A stretch of DNA of 49,537 bases from Candidatus Thorarchaeota archaeon (GTDB lineage Archaea; Asgardarchaeota; Thorarchaeia; Thorarchaeales; Thorarchaeaceae). Location of the stretch: assembly GCA_048884785.1 (NCBI GenBank), contig JBHLQM010000020.1, positions 1-49,537 of the forward strand, written 5' to 3'. Below, in pieces: positions 10,010 to 18,729 of this stretch. The notes under the pieces are model-generated. The model was not told the origin of the DNA. It did not search any database and saw only the letters and a program-made list of their open reading frames with translations. Position 1 is the first letter of the stretch. Each line of letters starts with the position of its first letter. The position numbers were made by a program, and so were the translations under genes.

Positions 10010-11812
10010 CTATTGCATTCTTCTGAGATTGATGTTGCGAACAATGACTATGGATAAGACTGCGAGACCTCCAATCCCCAATATCCATGACGCTGTGAGA
10101 ATTCCAGCCATAATACTTGAAACACTCCCGGGAGCTATCATTGGATATACCGCATATACTGGGTCGTGAATGATCTCATAACCATCCCAATTAGAATAGC
10201 ATGAGCTATAATAGAAGGTGCTATAGGACCAGCCAATGTCTTGCGAAGAAGCACTTGCAGAATCAAGGGTTCCCTCAAAACATGGGTAGCGGTAGTTGTA
10301 GTTTGGAAGAATAACAGTACCTACTTCATAGGTTGCACCATCATATCCCCAAACATACGTTCCTCCGAAGCTTATAGACATGAAGTCAGATGAATTCTGA
10401 ACGAATTCCAGACCACCTCCAGGGGCAGGTTCCGCGTTGTAGACGCCAGTGTAATCAACGGGTCCTTCCATTGTTTCGGGAACAATTCCAGAACTAGAGA
10501 ATGAACTCCAGTAGTTCATTGAAAGGCCTAATCCTTGGATCTCCATGATTGCCTCGTCAGTTAGAGGGTCATTGAAATCACCAATGAGTTGATCAATTTT
10601 TACAATAGCTGCTTCATCTGTGACCTCGAATCGATAGACCATTTCTAGGTATTCCACCTCCGCAGGAACAGATTCAGGTTCGACAAAGGAACCGGTGTCA
10701 GTGAATGTGTTTTCCAGCACGAATACATCGTAGGGTGTGTATGTCCAGAAATCACCCTTGATGTTAGTGACCTCGGCACCCCATTCAATCTGACCATTAT
10801 CATTGACCTTGGGGAGGCTCACATCACCGAGAGCTGCCTGATAAGAATAGAATTCATAGACCTTCTCTGAGTCCTCTGTATCTATTGTATAGGTGGTCCA
10901 ATCCACAATTCCATCCTCATTGAAATCGTATTCCACTTGTTGGTAGACTATGTCCATTATTCCATTGCCATTGGTGTCATTGTATGTACTCATTCCTGAA
11001 TAGTAATGATTCATCCATTCAATCTGATCGTTTACCCTAGTCATCTCGGAGATATCATAGCCAAATCCGTAGTAGGACCATTCTTCATCATAGAGCCAGG
11101 ATTCATTATACCAAGCTGCCCACATATACTCCTCGGCGAGATTGGGTATAACATCATTGGGATTCACTTCCTGCATGTTCTCATCATACCATGTGTAGTT
11201 TGTTTCATAATAGATGTCAGAGTATGAATAACTGAAGTAGAATGAAGAATACACAAAGACTTCATCTCCATTCATTGCTTGAATGGGTGGATTCCAGAAT
11301 AATGTCCAAAGGTCGTATGTGATATCAGTATCATTGTTGACAATCGGATAGTTGGCATCATCAGCGCCAGTAGCATTAACGGGTTCACCCGGAGTGCTTG
11401 GGTCCGTGGGATACGTTGGATAGGGGTTTGTCCAATCATTCGCAGATAGCCATGACATCACAGAAGCATCCGGATCAAGAATAATCACTACAAGGAGATT
11501 GGTGAATTCCCATTCATCATAGATATCGTATATACTACTGTCGAGAATCCAGTATACATCGCCATCGGCATCTTCAACATAGTGATAATACTCGTAGGTT
11601 CCAGTATTTGTATAGAATCGCCAGTCATCAGATGACTGATTCCACCACTGAGTTGCCACATATACACCGGTCATCATTTCTTCAAAGGGCTCAGCAACTT
11701 GTGCAGGAGCAAACGTTCTGATCGGAGTTCCCGCAACAGGCTGGATTCCTACAAGAAATACTCCAAGAAGAAGTAGTGCAACTGCGTGTCTTGAATTCAG
11801 ATTCATCAACAT
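10010..11812 (-). CDS. Secreted, C-terminally anchored acidic/aromatic-rich surface protein
   Basis: Signal peptide (RHAVALLLLGVFLVGIQPVAG); D/E/Y/W-rich body with DxNxNG/DxNxDG loops; C-terminal TM followed by a basic tail. Start is uncertain (11812 or 11857). Confidence 0.7.
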   Translation of the reverse strand: MLMNLNSRHAVALLLLGVFLVGIQPVAGTPIRTFAPAQVAEPFEEMMTGVYVATQWWNQSSDDWRFYTNTGTYEYYHYVEDADGDVYWILDSSIYDIYDEWEFTNLLVVIILDPDASVMSWLSANDWTNPYPTYPTDPSTPGEPVNATGADDANYPIVNNDTDITYDLWTLFWNPPIQAMNGDEVFVYSSFYFSYSYSDIYYETNYTWYDENMQEVNPNDVIPNLAEEYMWAAWYNESWLYDEEWSYYGFGYDISEMTRVNDQIEWMNHYYSGMSTYNDTNGNGIMDIVYQQVEYDFNEDGIVDWTTYTIDTEDSEKVYEFYSYQAALGDVSLPKVNDNGQIEWGAEVTNIKGDFWTYTPYDVFVLENTFTDTGSFVEPESVPAEVEYLEMVYRFEVTDEAAIVKIDQLIGDFNDPLTDEAIMEIQGLGLSMNYWSSFSSSGIVPETMEGPVDYTGVYNAEPAPGGGLEFVQNSSDFMSISFGGTYVWGYDGATYEVGTVILPNYNYRYPCFEGTLDSASASSQDIGWSYSTFYYSSCYSNWDGYEIIHDPVYAVYPMIAPGSVSSIMAGILTASWILGIGGLAVLSIVIVRNINLRRMQ

Positions 11813-11891
11813 TATGCCTCGCTTGAAATCATTATGAGGATTCTTTTGCAAATCCATTAATAGATAGTATCTGTGAACGGTTCAGTCGTGT

Positions 11892-12404
11892 TCATTTGGG
11901 AATACTCCTCTCAAGATGTATGAGCTTCGTTCGTCCAAGTGTTTCCCTCGTAATTATCGTTTTGCGTTCCAGTCCGTTTAATGTAACACTTAGCGTGGAT
12001 TTGCTTAATCCGGTTGCTCGTCGTAGCTCATCCTGAGTCATAGTGCCTCCATTCTCTTCCAGTCTGTTGAGGACACGACGCTCAATATTCGTGAGTGTGA
12101 TGACAAGAATCTCTGGTGGCTCTTCTTCTTCTTTGCGAGGTTGTTCGCCAGCTATTAGACTCTCTAAATGACTGACTCTCTGCTGAAGCCTCAAAAGAAC
12201 AAGTACAGCAACATTCACCACCAAAACCAGAGCGACAACAAGAGCTATTGTTGCAGCTAGAAAGACTACTTCTCGCGCTACAGGCATCGCAAGAATCCAA
12301 ATCCATACCGATCCAGTTAGAATTATGATTGTGAGAAGAACCAGAAGTAAATCTATTCTCTTCCATGTCCTTTCAGTCACTCTGTTCAGAGCACTCATCT
12401 CCAC
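11892..12404 (-). CDS. Membrane-anchored winged-HTH (MarR-like) transcriptional regulator
   Basis: Two N-terminal TM helices; C-terminal LTNIERRVL...MTQDELRRATGLSKSTLSVTLNGLERKTII...GRTKLI wHTH. Confidence 0.8.
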   Translation of the reverse strand: MEMSALNRVTERTWKRIDLLLVLLTIIILTGSVWIWILAMPVAREVVFLAATIALVVALVLVVNVAVLVLLRLQQRVSHLESLIAGEQPRKEEEEPPEILVITLTNIERRVLNRLEENGGTMTQDELRRATGLSKSTLSVTLNGLERKTIITRETLGRTKLIHLERSIPK

Positions 12405-12412
12405 TGTATCAG

Positions 12413-12931
12413 CTAAATGTGAATGCTTCTCTTTGTGAGTATATCACCTTTTATTGCGGATAGGTGGCCATTATGATGATTGAGATGGGCAAACATGTAG
12501 GAGATTACTTCGCGGACAGTCATTCCTCGGAAGAATTTCGGTATGTCATCGCTATCAATGACGCGATCAAACTCTGATGGCGCAGCATTCTCAATCCAAG
12601 TGATGAATGCGCCTTCACAAAGATCATAGTACTGATACATCTCTTCCAGGGGAGTACCTAGCCATTCTCCAGAGGTCCCTGGGAGATGATCCTTGAAGAG
12701 TTTTGGATTGAGAGGTGACGCTGATTGTATTAGACGGTTCAAACTAAAATCATACACCGCTGCTTGATGGGCGATGAGCCAGCCAAGGCTTGACATGCCT
12801 GTTGAAGGACGGTAAGCCAAATCCATCCTTCCCGTATCCTCAATCTCCTGCAAAATTCGATCGCGCCACTTTCGAGTTGTCAGAGCCATCTGCTTAATCA
12901 TTCGTTTCTCTTCCATTGCATGCACATCCAT
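12413..12931 (-). CDS. DinB/YfiT family protein
   Basis: SLGWLIAH near the N-terminus and the C-terminal HLNHHNGHL metal-binding pattern. Confidence 0.8.
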   Translation of the reverse strand: MDVHAMEEKRMIKQMALTTRKWRDRILQEIEDTGRMDLAYRPSTGMSSLGWLIAHQAAVYDFSLNRLIQSASPLNPKLFKDHLPGTSGEWLGTPLEEMYQYYDLCEGAFITWIENAAPSEFDRVIDSDDIPKFFRGMTVREVISYMFAHLNHHNGHLSAIKGDILTKRSIHI

Positions 12932-13043
12932 AGAGTGTGATATGACTCCTTGATTTTAAGTTAATGTCGAAAACTTGCTGTCACAAAGAATAAAACACGC
13001 TAGCCTATTGTCAAACCCAGTATCCTCAGTAGGCTGAAAGAAT

Positions 13044-14075
13044 ATGCTGAAGGAAGTCTTTCTGATTGAGCAGGGAATTCTACAGTTTCACTACAGTAAG
13101 GATATGACTACTGATGAAAGCGATCAGGCTCTCCTTTCTTCAGGCCTTCTTACTGCCATTCGTGATTTCAGCCAGCATGCACGTTCTGATGTTCTCGAGT
13201 CGTTTTCCACTGAGAATGAGTACTTCCTCTTCACAGCGTGTCCCGATTCTCAGAGAATCCTTGTAGGCGTATTTGATCGGAAGGCACCGACTCAAGTTGC
13301 GAGAGAAGCCCTTCAGAGAATAGCAAAGATAATACAAGATGCCAATATCCCGGAATATACAGGAGAGGTTCTAAATATTGAAAAAAGACTGGAAATCAGG
13401 GAGAGAATTGATAGAATCGCAACCCAGCTTTTTGGCAGAGATATGCTTGCGAAGTATATAGAGGAGATGCTCTCAGAAAGGACAGACATACCATTGGCTT
13501 TCATGGTAGACGCCTACGACAAAACGCTCTTAGCCCATTTTGCCAGACCAAGGCCTCTTTTTAAAGAAAGTCAGGTCCAAGACTTTCTATTACTGCATTC
13601 CACAATTCTTTCATCCATTCCAAAGCTTGGACTTGATTCCGAGTATCAATCTTTTCGAGTTGAGTCAGCAGATTATGTTGTGGCTGCTTGCAGAGCTGGG
13701 AGATTAATCAGCATTGCAAGTGGGGCAATGAGAACTCCTGCTGAAGCTGTTGAGTCTGCTACATACCAAATGTGCTACGATTTGGATGCATCGCATGTTC
13801 GAGAAGAAGAAGGCGAAAAGATTGGTAAGACAATCTTAAAGGCTGCATTGCACGAAGATGGCTCTGAGAGAGTCCTGTCAGGAGGGGCACTCCCGACCGG
13901 TGCAAGAGTTTTCGTTTCAAATCTGGTTAAGAATATAGATTCGTTCTTCCGGGGACTCACTAGAAGGCAATTCAGTCTATTTAAGATTCGATCTGGAAAG
14001 GACATCATCAGAGAACTGGTAATCACTAAGGATGACGGAAGCAAAACCATAACGATTGAATTCCTGGAGTTTTAG
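13044..14075 (+). CDS. Longin-like domain protein, with a further longin/roadblock-like domain
   Basis: MLKEVFLIEQGILQFHYS...DQALLSSGLLTAIRDFSQ is a typical longin-like N-terminus. The second domain PLAFMVDAYDKTLLAHF has the same strand-strand-helix pattern. Confidence 0.65.
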   Translation: MLKEVFLIEQGILQFHYSKDMTTDESDQALLSSGLLTAIRDFSQHARSDVLESFSTENEYFLFTACPDSQRILVGVFDRKAPTQVAREALQRIAKIIQDANIPEYTGEVLNIEKRLEIRERIDRIATQLFGRDMLAKYIEEMLSERTDIPLAFMVDAYDKTLLAHFARPRPLFKESQVQDFLLLHSTILSSIPKLGLDSEYQSFRVESADYVVAACRAGRLISIASGAMRTPAEAVESATYQMCYDLDASHVREEEGEKIGKTILKAALHEDGSERVLSGGALPTGARVFVSNLVKNIDSFFRGLTRRQFSLFKIRSGKDIIRELVITKDDGSKTITIEFLEF

Positions 14076-14150
14076 GCAATCCTGAAGAATCAACGGGTTT
14101 TTTAAAGAGAGAACAAAGCCATCATAAGTAGAACCTGAAGAGTGTGTACT

Positions 14151-14864
14151 ATGTCAGATAGCGGCGCACAACTCGATGCTGTGTTCCTGTATATGGGAAT
14201 CTTGGATGCATACGAGGCTGTAGGCATTGAATTGATAGGTGCCAATGTGTTGGATGAACATGTATTACCTCGGATGGTCTACTATGTCAAGGAGTTTCTC
14301 CCCGAAATATTCTCTATACGAGCTGACAGCACTGAGCTTGTTGGAGAATTGAAGTCATTCATGCTAGACTTCAGTTCTCGTGTTCATGAGGCTCAGTCAA
14401 GAAAATCAGGAAGAGAGTTCACAATGGAGGAAATCTGGAAACTTCGCGCAGCTATATTTGGCTATGAGAGTGTCTTTATTGAAATTTTAGGCGAAACTGC
14501 AATCAAGGATTATGTATTTACTAGAATGTCAGATATCCTCTCTTCGTACCTTCCGGAAAACATGATGGATCCGAATATGCCATTAACAGAAAAACTTGAA
14601 GCCTATGCCGAATTCATAAAAGAGCATGGATTTGTCGAATATGCAAGAGTAAAGGTAGGCAAGAGTGAAATTACTGTTGCTACGAACAGGTGTGCATTTG
14701 CCAAGATACATGATTCTGAGGCTTATACGAATCTCAATGTAAGATTCTGTCCATGGGGGATGATAGCTTCAGCTATTATTGCAGGACACGAAGGTCGTGA
14801 GGCTTTGCTAAAATCAAGTACATTCACTACTCGAGGAAGTGTGAGTGAGATTCAAGGGAAATAA
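14151..14864 (+). CDS. V4R/HNOB/Bet3-like (methanogen output domain-like) protein with an internal duplication
   Basis: C-terminal ITVATNRCAFAKIH...FCPWGMIASAII has the C-x-F...C-P ligand pattern. N-terminal repeats are YEAVGIELIG...VLPRM...FLPE and YESVFIEILG...VFTRM...YLPE. Confidence 0.55.
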   Translation: MSDSGAQLDAVFLYMGILDAYEAVGIELIGANVLDEHVLPRMVYYVKEFLPEIFSIRADSTELVGELKSFMLDFSSRVHEAQSRKSGREFTMEEIWKLRAAIFGYESVFIEILGETAIKDYVFTRMSDILSSYLPENMMDPNMPLTEKLEAYAEFIKEHGFVEYARVKVGKSEITVATNRCAFAKIHDSEAYTNLNVRFCPWGMIASAIIAGHEGREALLKSSTFTTRGSVSEIQGK

Positions 14865-14870
14865 CAGGAG

Positions 14871-15317
14871 GTGTTCAGTGTGCAAATAGCGTTAGATTAT
14901 GGAATGATTGCATTTGTAATCATGATTACCGAAACCGTGCTTCTCAGTGCATTAATAATAGGATGGCTCTACGGTGCAAGAAGAATGGACCTTAAACTTC
15001 ATCATCGGGTAGTATATCCGGTAGTTCTTGTTCATTTTCTAACAGTTGGCCTGTGGATGATACCAATAGCACTAGGACGAGTGTCAATAATGCTAGCTGA
15101 CCCAATCGGAAATCTGTATCAAATCATCCATGACACCCTAGGGATTCTTGGGATAGGACTAGGAATTGTGCTTACTATCATGTTTGCATTCAAGAGGGAC
15201 ATGCCTATTAAACTGCTTAAGAAAGCCCGGCCTCTGATGTTTCTAACAATTGGGGTTTGGATACTAGCTTTCATCCTAGGAGCCTATTGGTATCTAGTTG
15301 GACATGTGCTAGTATGA
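14871..15317 (+). CDS. 4-TM membrane protein with His residues in TM helices (DUF420/cytochrome b-like)
   Basis: LKLHHRVV...VH and IIHDTLG; four hydrophobic helices; GGAG RBS. Confidence 0.55.
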   Translation: MFSVQIALDYGMIAFVIMITETVLLSALIIGWLYGARRMDLKLHHRVVYPVVLVHFLTVGLWMIPIALGRVSIMLADPIGNLYQIIHDTLGILGIGLGIVLTIMFAFKRDMPIKLLKKARPLMFLTIGVWILAFILGAYWYLVGHVLV

Positions 15318-15389
15318 GGAAGAAACGTTCATAGTACAGTATTCGATACTCCGAAAACTGTATAATGGTTCAGTCGACCGTTTGGTGAA

Positions 15390-15755
15390 GTGATAGGGAT
15401 GTCCGAGGCATCAATCAATCAATTATCACAGAGGGAGCTACAAGCTCTAAGACGATTGAGAATTGTTAAGGAGGCCTTGGATGAACTCAAGAGAAAAGGT
15501 ATCTACGCAGATATCCCGATCTGCCCTGTCTGCAAGAGCTGGAAACTCGTTGAGCTGACTTCCTTTTTCGATTTAGGATACATCGGAAGTTTCCAACCGG
15601 CGCTTTACTGCACTGATTGTGGATGGTATGGACGCATCAATATAAACATGACAAACAAACCCGAGGACGACGCCATTCTTGAAGACCTAAGAGGTGCCTT
15701 CACAGAACTTATGGACCCAAATGAAGACCCAACTCCTCAAGAAGATACCGAATGA
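15390..15755 (+). CDS. Zinc-ribbon hypothetical protein
   Basis: CPVC...CTDCGW. Confidence 0.65.
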   Translation: MIGMSEASINQLSQRELQALRRLRIVKEALDELKRKGIYADIPICPVCKSWKLVELTSFFDLGYIGSFQPALYCTDCGWYGRININMTNKPEDDAILEDLRGAFTELMDPNEDPTPQEDTE

Positions 15756-15765
15756 CGTTTGCTGG

Positions 15766-16059
15766 CTATTTAGAATCTACTCTAACAACTTCAAACATTA
15801 CAGGATTAAAGCCATCTGGGCAAACATGTGTGGATACGCATTGGTTTTTCAACCATGGGAATCTTGCATTATACATCATTGCATACACTTTTGGAAGCAT
15901 TGAATACATTGCACTCATGCAAATTTTGCCCTTGACTTCTTCACCAGTGAAGATAACCTCGTCTCCAATCTTATGTCCAGCCGCACAGGTCCCTTCCTGT
16001 TTGATCACTCGGCAGACTATCTGCCAGGGTTCATTACGGATACAGTCTGAGTTTGTCAT
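15766..16059 (-). CDS. TIGR04076 family small Cys-containing protein
   Basis: GTCAAGHKIGD, IC..A...P and CPDGFNPVMFEVVR motifs. Confidence 0.8.
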   Translation of the reverse strand: MTNSDCIRNEPWQIVCRVIKQEGTCAAGHKIGDEVIFTGEEVKGKICMSAMYSMLPKVYAMMYNARFPWLKNQCVSTHVCPDGFNPVMFEVVRVDSK

Positions 16060-16096
16060 AGGTATGAAATGTAATCTTAGCTAAAAAAGTAACCCG

Positions 16097-17404
16097 TCAT
16101 TCATTGGGTGATTCGTCTTCGCCTTCATTCTCAGAAACAGGATTTGCATTGGCCGTGACTGATGGGCCTTCTTCAGAGGCAGAAATCAACGATTTTCCAA
16201 GTTCCTCTGGAGTTTCTCCTGCCCTTGCAAGGGCAATTTTAGCAGAAATCGGACCAAATACCTGCAGAATCATAGTTGTAAGTGCTACTACGTTGAGTAT
16301 CAATACGCCTGCGAGAGTTGCTTCAGGATTATTCAGTGCTAGAAAACTACGCTCCACAATCAGTGTCAGTCCAACGGCAACTCCTGCCTGTGACATTAGG
16401 CAAAGACCAACATACTTGCGAGTAGGCTCCGCGGTACCAGAGATTTTGGCCCCCGCGAATGCACCAAAATACTTAGCGAAACTTCGGCCAACGACATATG
16501 CAATAGCAAGCACTATGACCGCTGTACTAGCAAGAATCGAAAGATCAATTGAAGCGCCTACAAATACAAAGAATATCATTACTATAGGAGTCATTACGGT
16601 TTTCAGAGTATGGTTGACAGGATCCTTCTCTGGATCAACCCAGTTACCGACAACATATCCGAAAACCATGCAGGCTAGAATTGGACTTATTTCGAGGAAT
16701 AGCATAGCGCCGACAAGGAGAATGATTACTCCGAGCTCGAGTTCGAGCAATCTACTCCTGTCTTTCTCGGCATTGATGAATTGCACCATTGCAAACCCTG
16801 CTACTCCACCAAGAATTGCTGATAATCCCAAATCCCACATGGTCATAAGAATAGCATCAAGAATTGTCAAAGTACCAGGTACTGCATAAAAAATCACTGC
16901 TAAAGCGATTGATGCATTTGCCAGCAGAATTGCCACAACATCATCAAGTGCTAAAACAAACATCAGTGTATCAGTCATGTTTCCCCTGCAGCGATTTTCC
17001 CAAATTACCATGACAGTTGATGCAGGATCAGTCGCACTTGCCACAGCCCCAAACACCATGGCAATGTGAACTTGCTGCGTAACCCAATATGCAAGCAGAG
17101 ATACTATCAAGAAGGTTAGCGCGGATTCCAGGAATAGAATTGTGCCCATCTGACGTGTTTTGCCACGAAAGACATCCTTTCTAATTTCAAGTCCTATATT
17201 GTATCCGATTAGTCCTAACGCAAGATCCACAATTGGATAGAAAGACTGTCGAGTCCCACTATCAAAAAGACCAGATACCGCAAGAATCACTCCAGCAAGC
17301 ATAAAACCTAGAATCTGAGGGATGCCTACTCTCTTCATAACGTGTGCGCCAACAAAAGACAACACTAATGCGGCACCTATGATTAAGAGAGGTCCAACTA
17401 CCAC
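16097..17404 (-). CDS. Cation:proton antiporter (CPA2/NhaP-type)
   Basis: About 12 TM; SATDPA, LALDD, FFVFVGA and SQAGVAVGL motifs. Confidence 0.9.
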   Translation of the reverse strand: MVVGPLLIIGAALVLSFVGAHVMKRVGIPQILGFMLAGVILAVSGLFDSGTRQSFYPIVDLALGLIGYNIGLEIRKDVFRGKTRQMGTILFLESALTFLIVSLLAYWVTQQVHIAMVFGAVASATDPASTVMVIWENRCRGNMTDTLMFVLALDDVVAILLANASIALAVIFYAVPGTLTILDAILMTMWDLGLSAILGGVAGFAMVQFINAEKDRSRLLELELGVIILLVGAMLFLEISPILACMVFGYVVGNWVDPEKDPVNHTLKTVMTPIVMIFFVFVGASIDLSILASTAVIVLAIAYVVGRSFAKYFGAFAGAKISGTAEPTRKYVGLCLMSQAGVAVGLTLIVERSFLALNNPEATLAGVLILNVVALTTMILQVFGPISAKIALARAGETPEELGKSLISASEEGPSVTANANPVSENEGEDESPNE

Positions 17405-17501
17405 TATCTCACATTCTTTGTATCAATGACTAGTTATGATAATTCAGCTGCTTTAGATGTTCCTATCGATTGTCTAATTGTAGTTTAGGCAAACATTTAT
17501 T

Positions 17502-18188
17502 TCAAGAGACATTCGCCAATCTGAAAAAATCGCAGATTTCGTTTAGAAAGCAAATACTGCACTTTGGATTGATAGCCTTGCATATCTCACGTCCATGTTG
17601 GATGAGATTGTGATTCATAGAATAAACACAGCTCTTTGGCACGATTTCCTCGAGGAGGGCCTGTGTTTTTTCTCGCGAAGTTCCATCTGGAACAAGTCCA
17701 AGTCTCTTGCTGAGTCTCCAGACATGCGTATCCACAGGGAGTGTGGCTTTACCAAAGCAAAAGAGAAGAACAATCGACGCCGTCTTTGGTCCAACTCCAT
17801 GAAGAGATGTGAGCCATGCTGTAGCATCTTCAATAGTCATCTCGTCTAAAAGGTTCAGATCAAGTTTGCCTACTCTCTCCAGTATTTCTCGAAGGGTTGC
17901 CTTAATCCTCTTTGCCTTTACTCTGAAGAACCCGGAGGATCTGATGACTTCTCCAAGCTCCTCTTCGGATGCATTCAGTACTTCGCTCCAAGTTGGAAAT
18001 CTATCTTTTAGATTGTCATAGGCACGGAACATATTCACATCATTTGTATTCTGACTCAGAATGGTCATTACCAGCTCGTCTATCGGGTCTAGCTTTCTTT
18101 CTACAACAATCGAACCGTAATTTTCAATGAGTTTCATGCAGACCTGATTAGCTTTTGACGAAGGACCACTCAATGATTTGATCTCCAT
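17502..18188 (-). CDS. nth: Endonuclease III family DNA glycosylase (HhH-GPD, 4Fe-4S)
   Basis: ILSQNT, HGVGPKTA, PVDTHV and C-x6-C-x2-C-x5-C cluster motif. Start placed at MEIK to avoid overlapping the divergent gene. Confidence 0.9.
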   Translation of the reverse strand: MEIKSLSGPSSKANQVCMKLIENYGSIVVERKLDPIDELVMTILSQNTNDVNMFRAYDNLKDRFPTWSEVLNASEEELGEVIRSSGFFRVKAKRIKATLREILERVGKLDLNLLDEMTIEDATAWLTSLHGVGPKTASIVLLFCFGKATLPVDTHVWRLSKRLGLVPDGTSREKTQALLEEIVPKSCVYSMNHNLIQHGREICKAINPKCSICFLNEICDFFRLANVS

Positions 18189-18252
18189 TGCTGTAGAGGA
18201 GACCATTCCGGTAGTCTTTAGTTCTTCTATGTGACCCACAAGATGAGCTACC

Positions 18253-18669
18253 ATGAAGGTTATGATTATTTATGAGAGCACGCGTGGCCGCACAAAGGTC
18301 ATGGCGGATGCAATTTGCGAGGGCGTTGTATCCAATGGCAAAGAGTGTGAAGTGGTAGACGCCAAAGACTTCAACGGGATAGGCGATTCATGCGCAATAG
18401 CTGTCGGAAGTTCAACGCGCATGAAGAGAACACTTCCGAAAACTCGCCAAATCCTTGCTGAATTGCAGCCTCTAGATGGACTTCCTGCTGCAGCCTTTGG
18501 TTCATATGGGTGGAGTGGAGAGGCACCCGGAGAGATTTCAACTGAGCTTCAGAATAGGGGAGCAAAGATGGTGGGTAACCAACCACTCAGAGTAAAGGAC
18601 TATCCTTCTGAAGAGGATATGGAAAAATGCAGGGAGCTTGGCCGAGCTCTCGCCGGCTCATGTGTCTAG
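18253..18669 (+). CDS. Flavodoxin (FprA C-terminal-like)
   Basis: IIYESTRGRTKVMA and AAAFGSYGWSGEA motifs. Confidence 0.85.
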   Translation: MKVMIIYESTRGRTKVMADAICEGVVSNGKECEVVDAKDFNGIGDSCAIAVGSSTRMKRTLPKTRQILAELQPLDGLPAAAFGSYGWSGEAPGEISTELQNRGAKMVGNQPLRVKDYPSEEDMEKCRELGRALAGSCV

Positions 18670-18729
18670 ACTGGCAAATTGCGCAAACCTTATCATTAGC
18701 AGCCAGATGGCATTTTCAGGGGTGACAGT

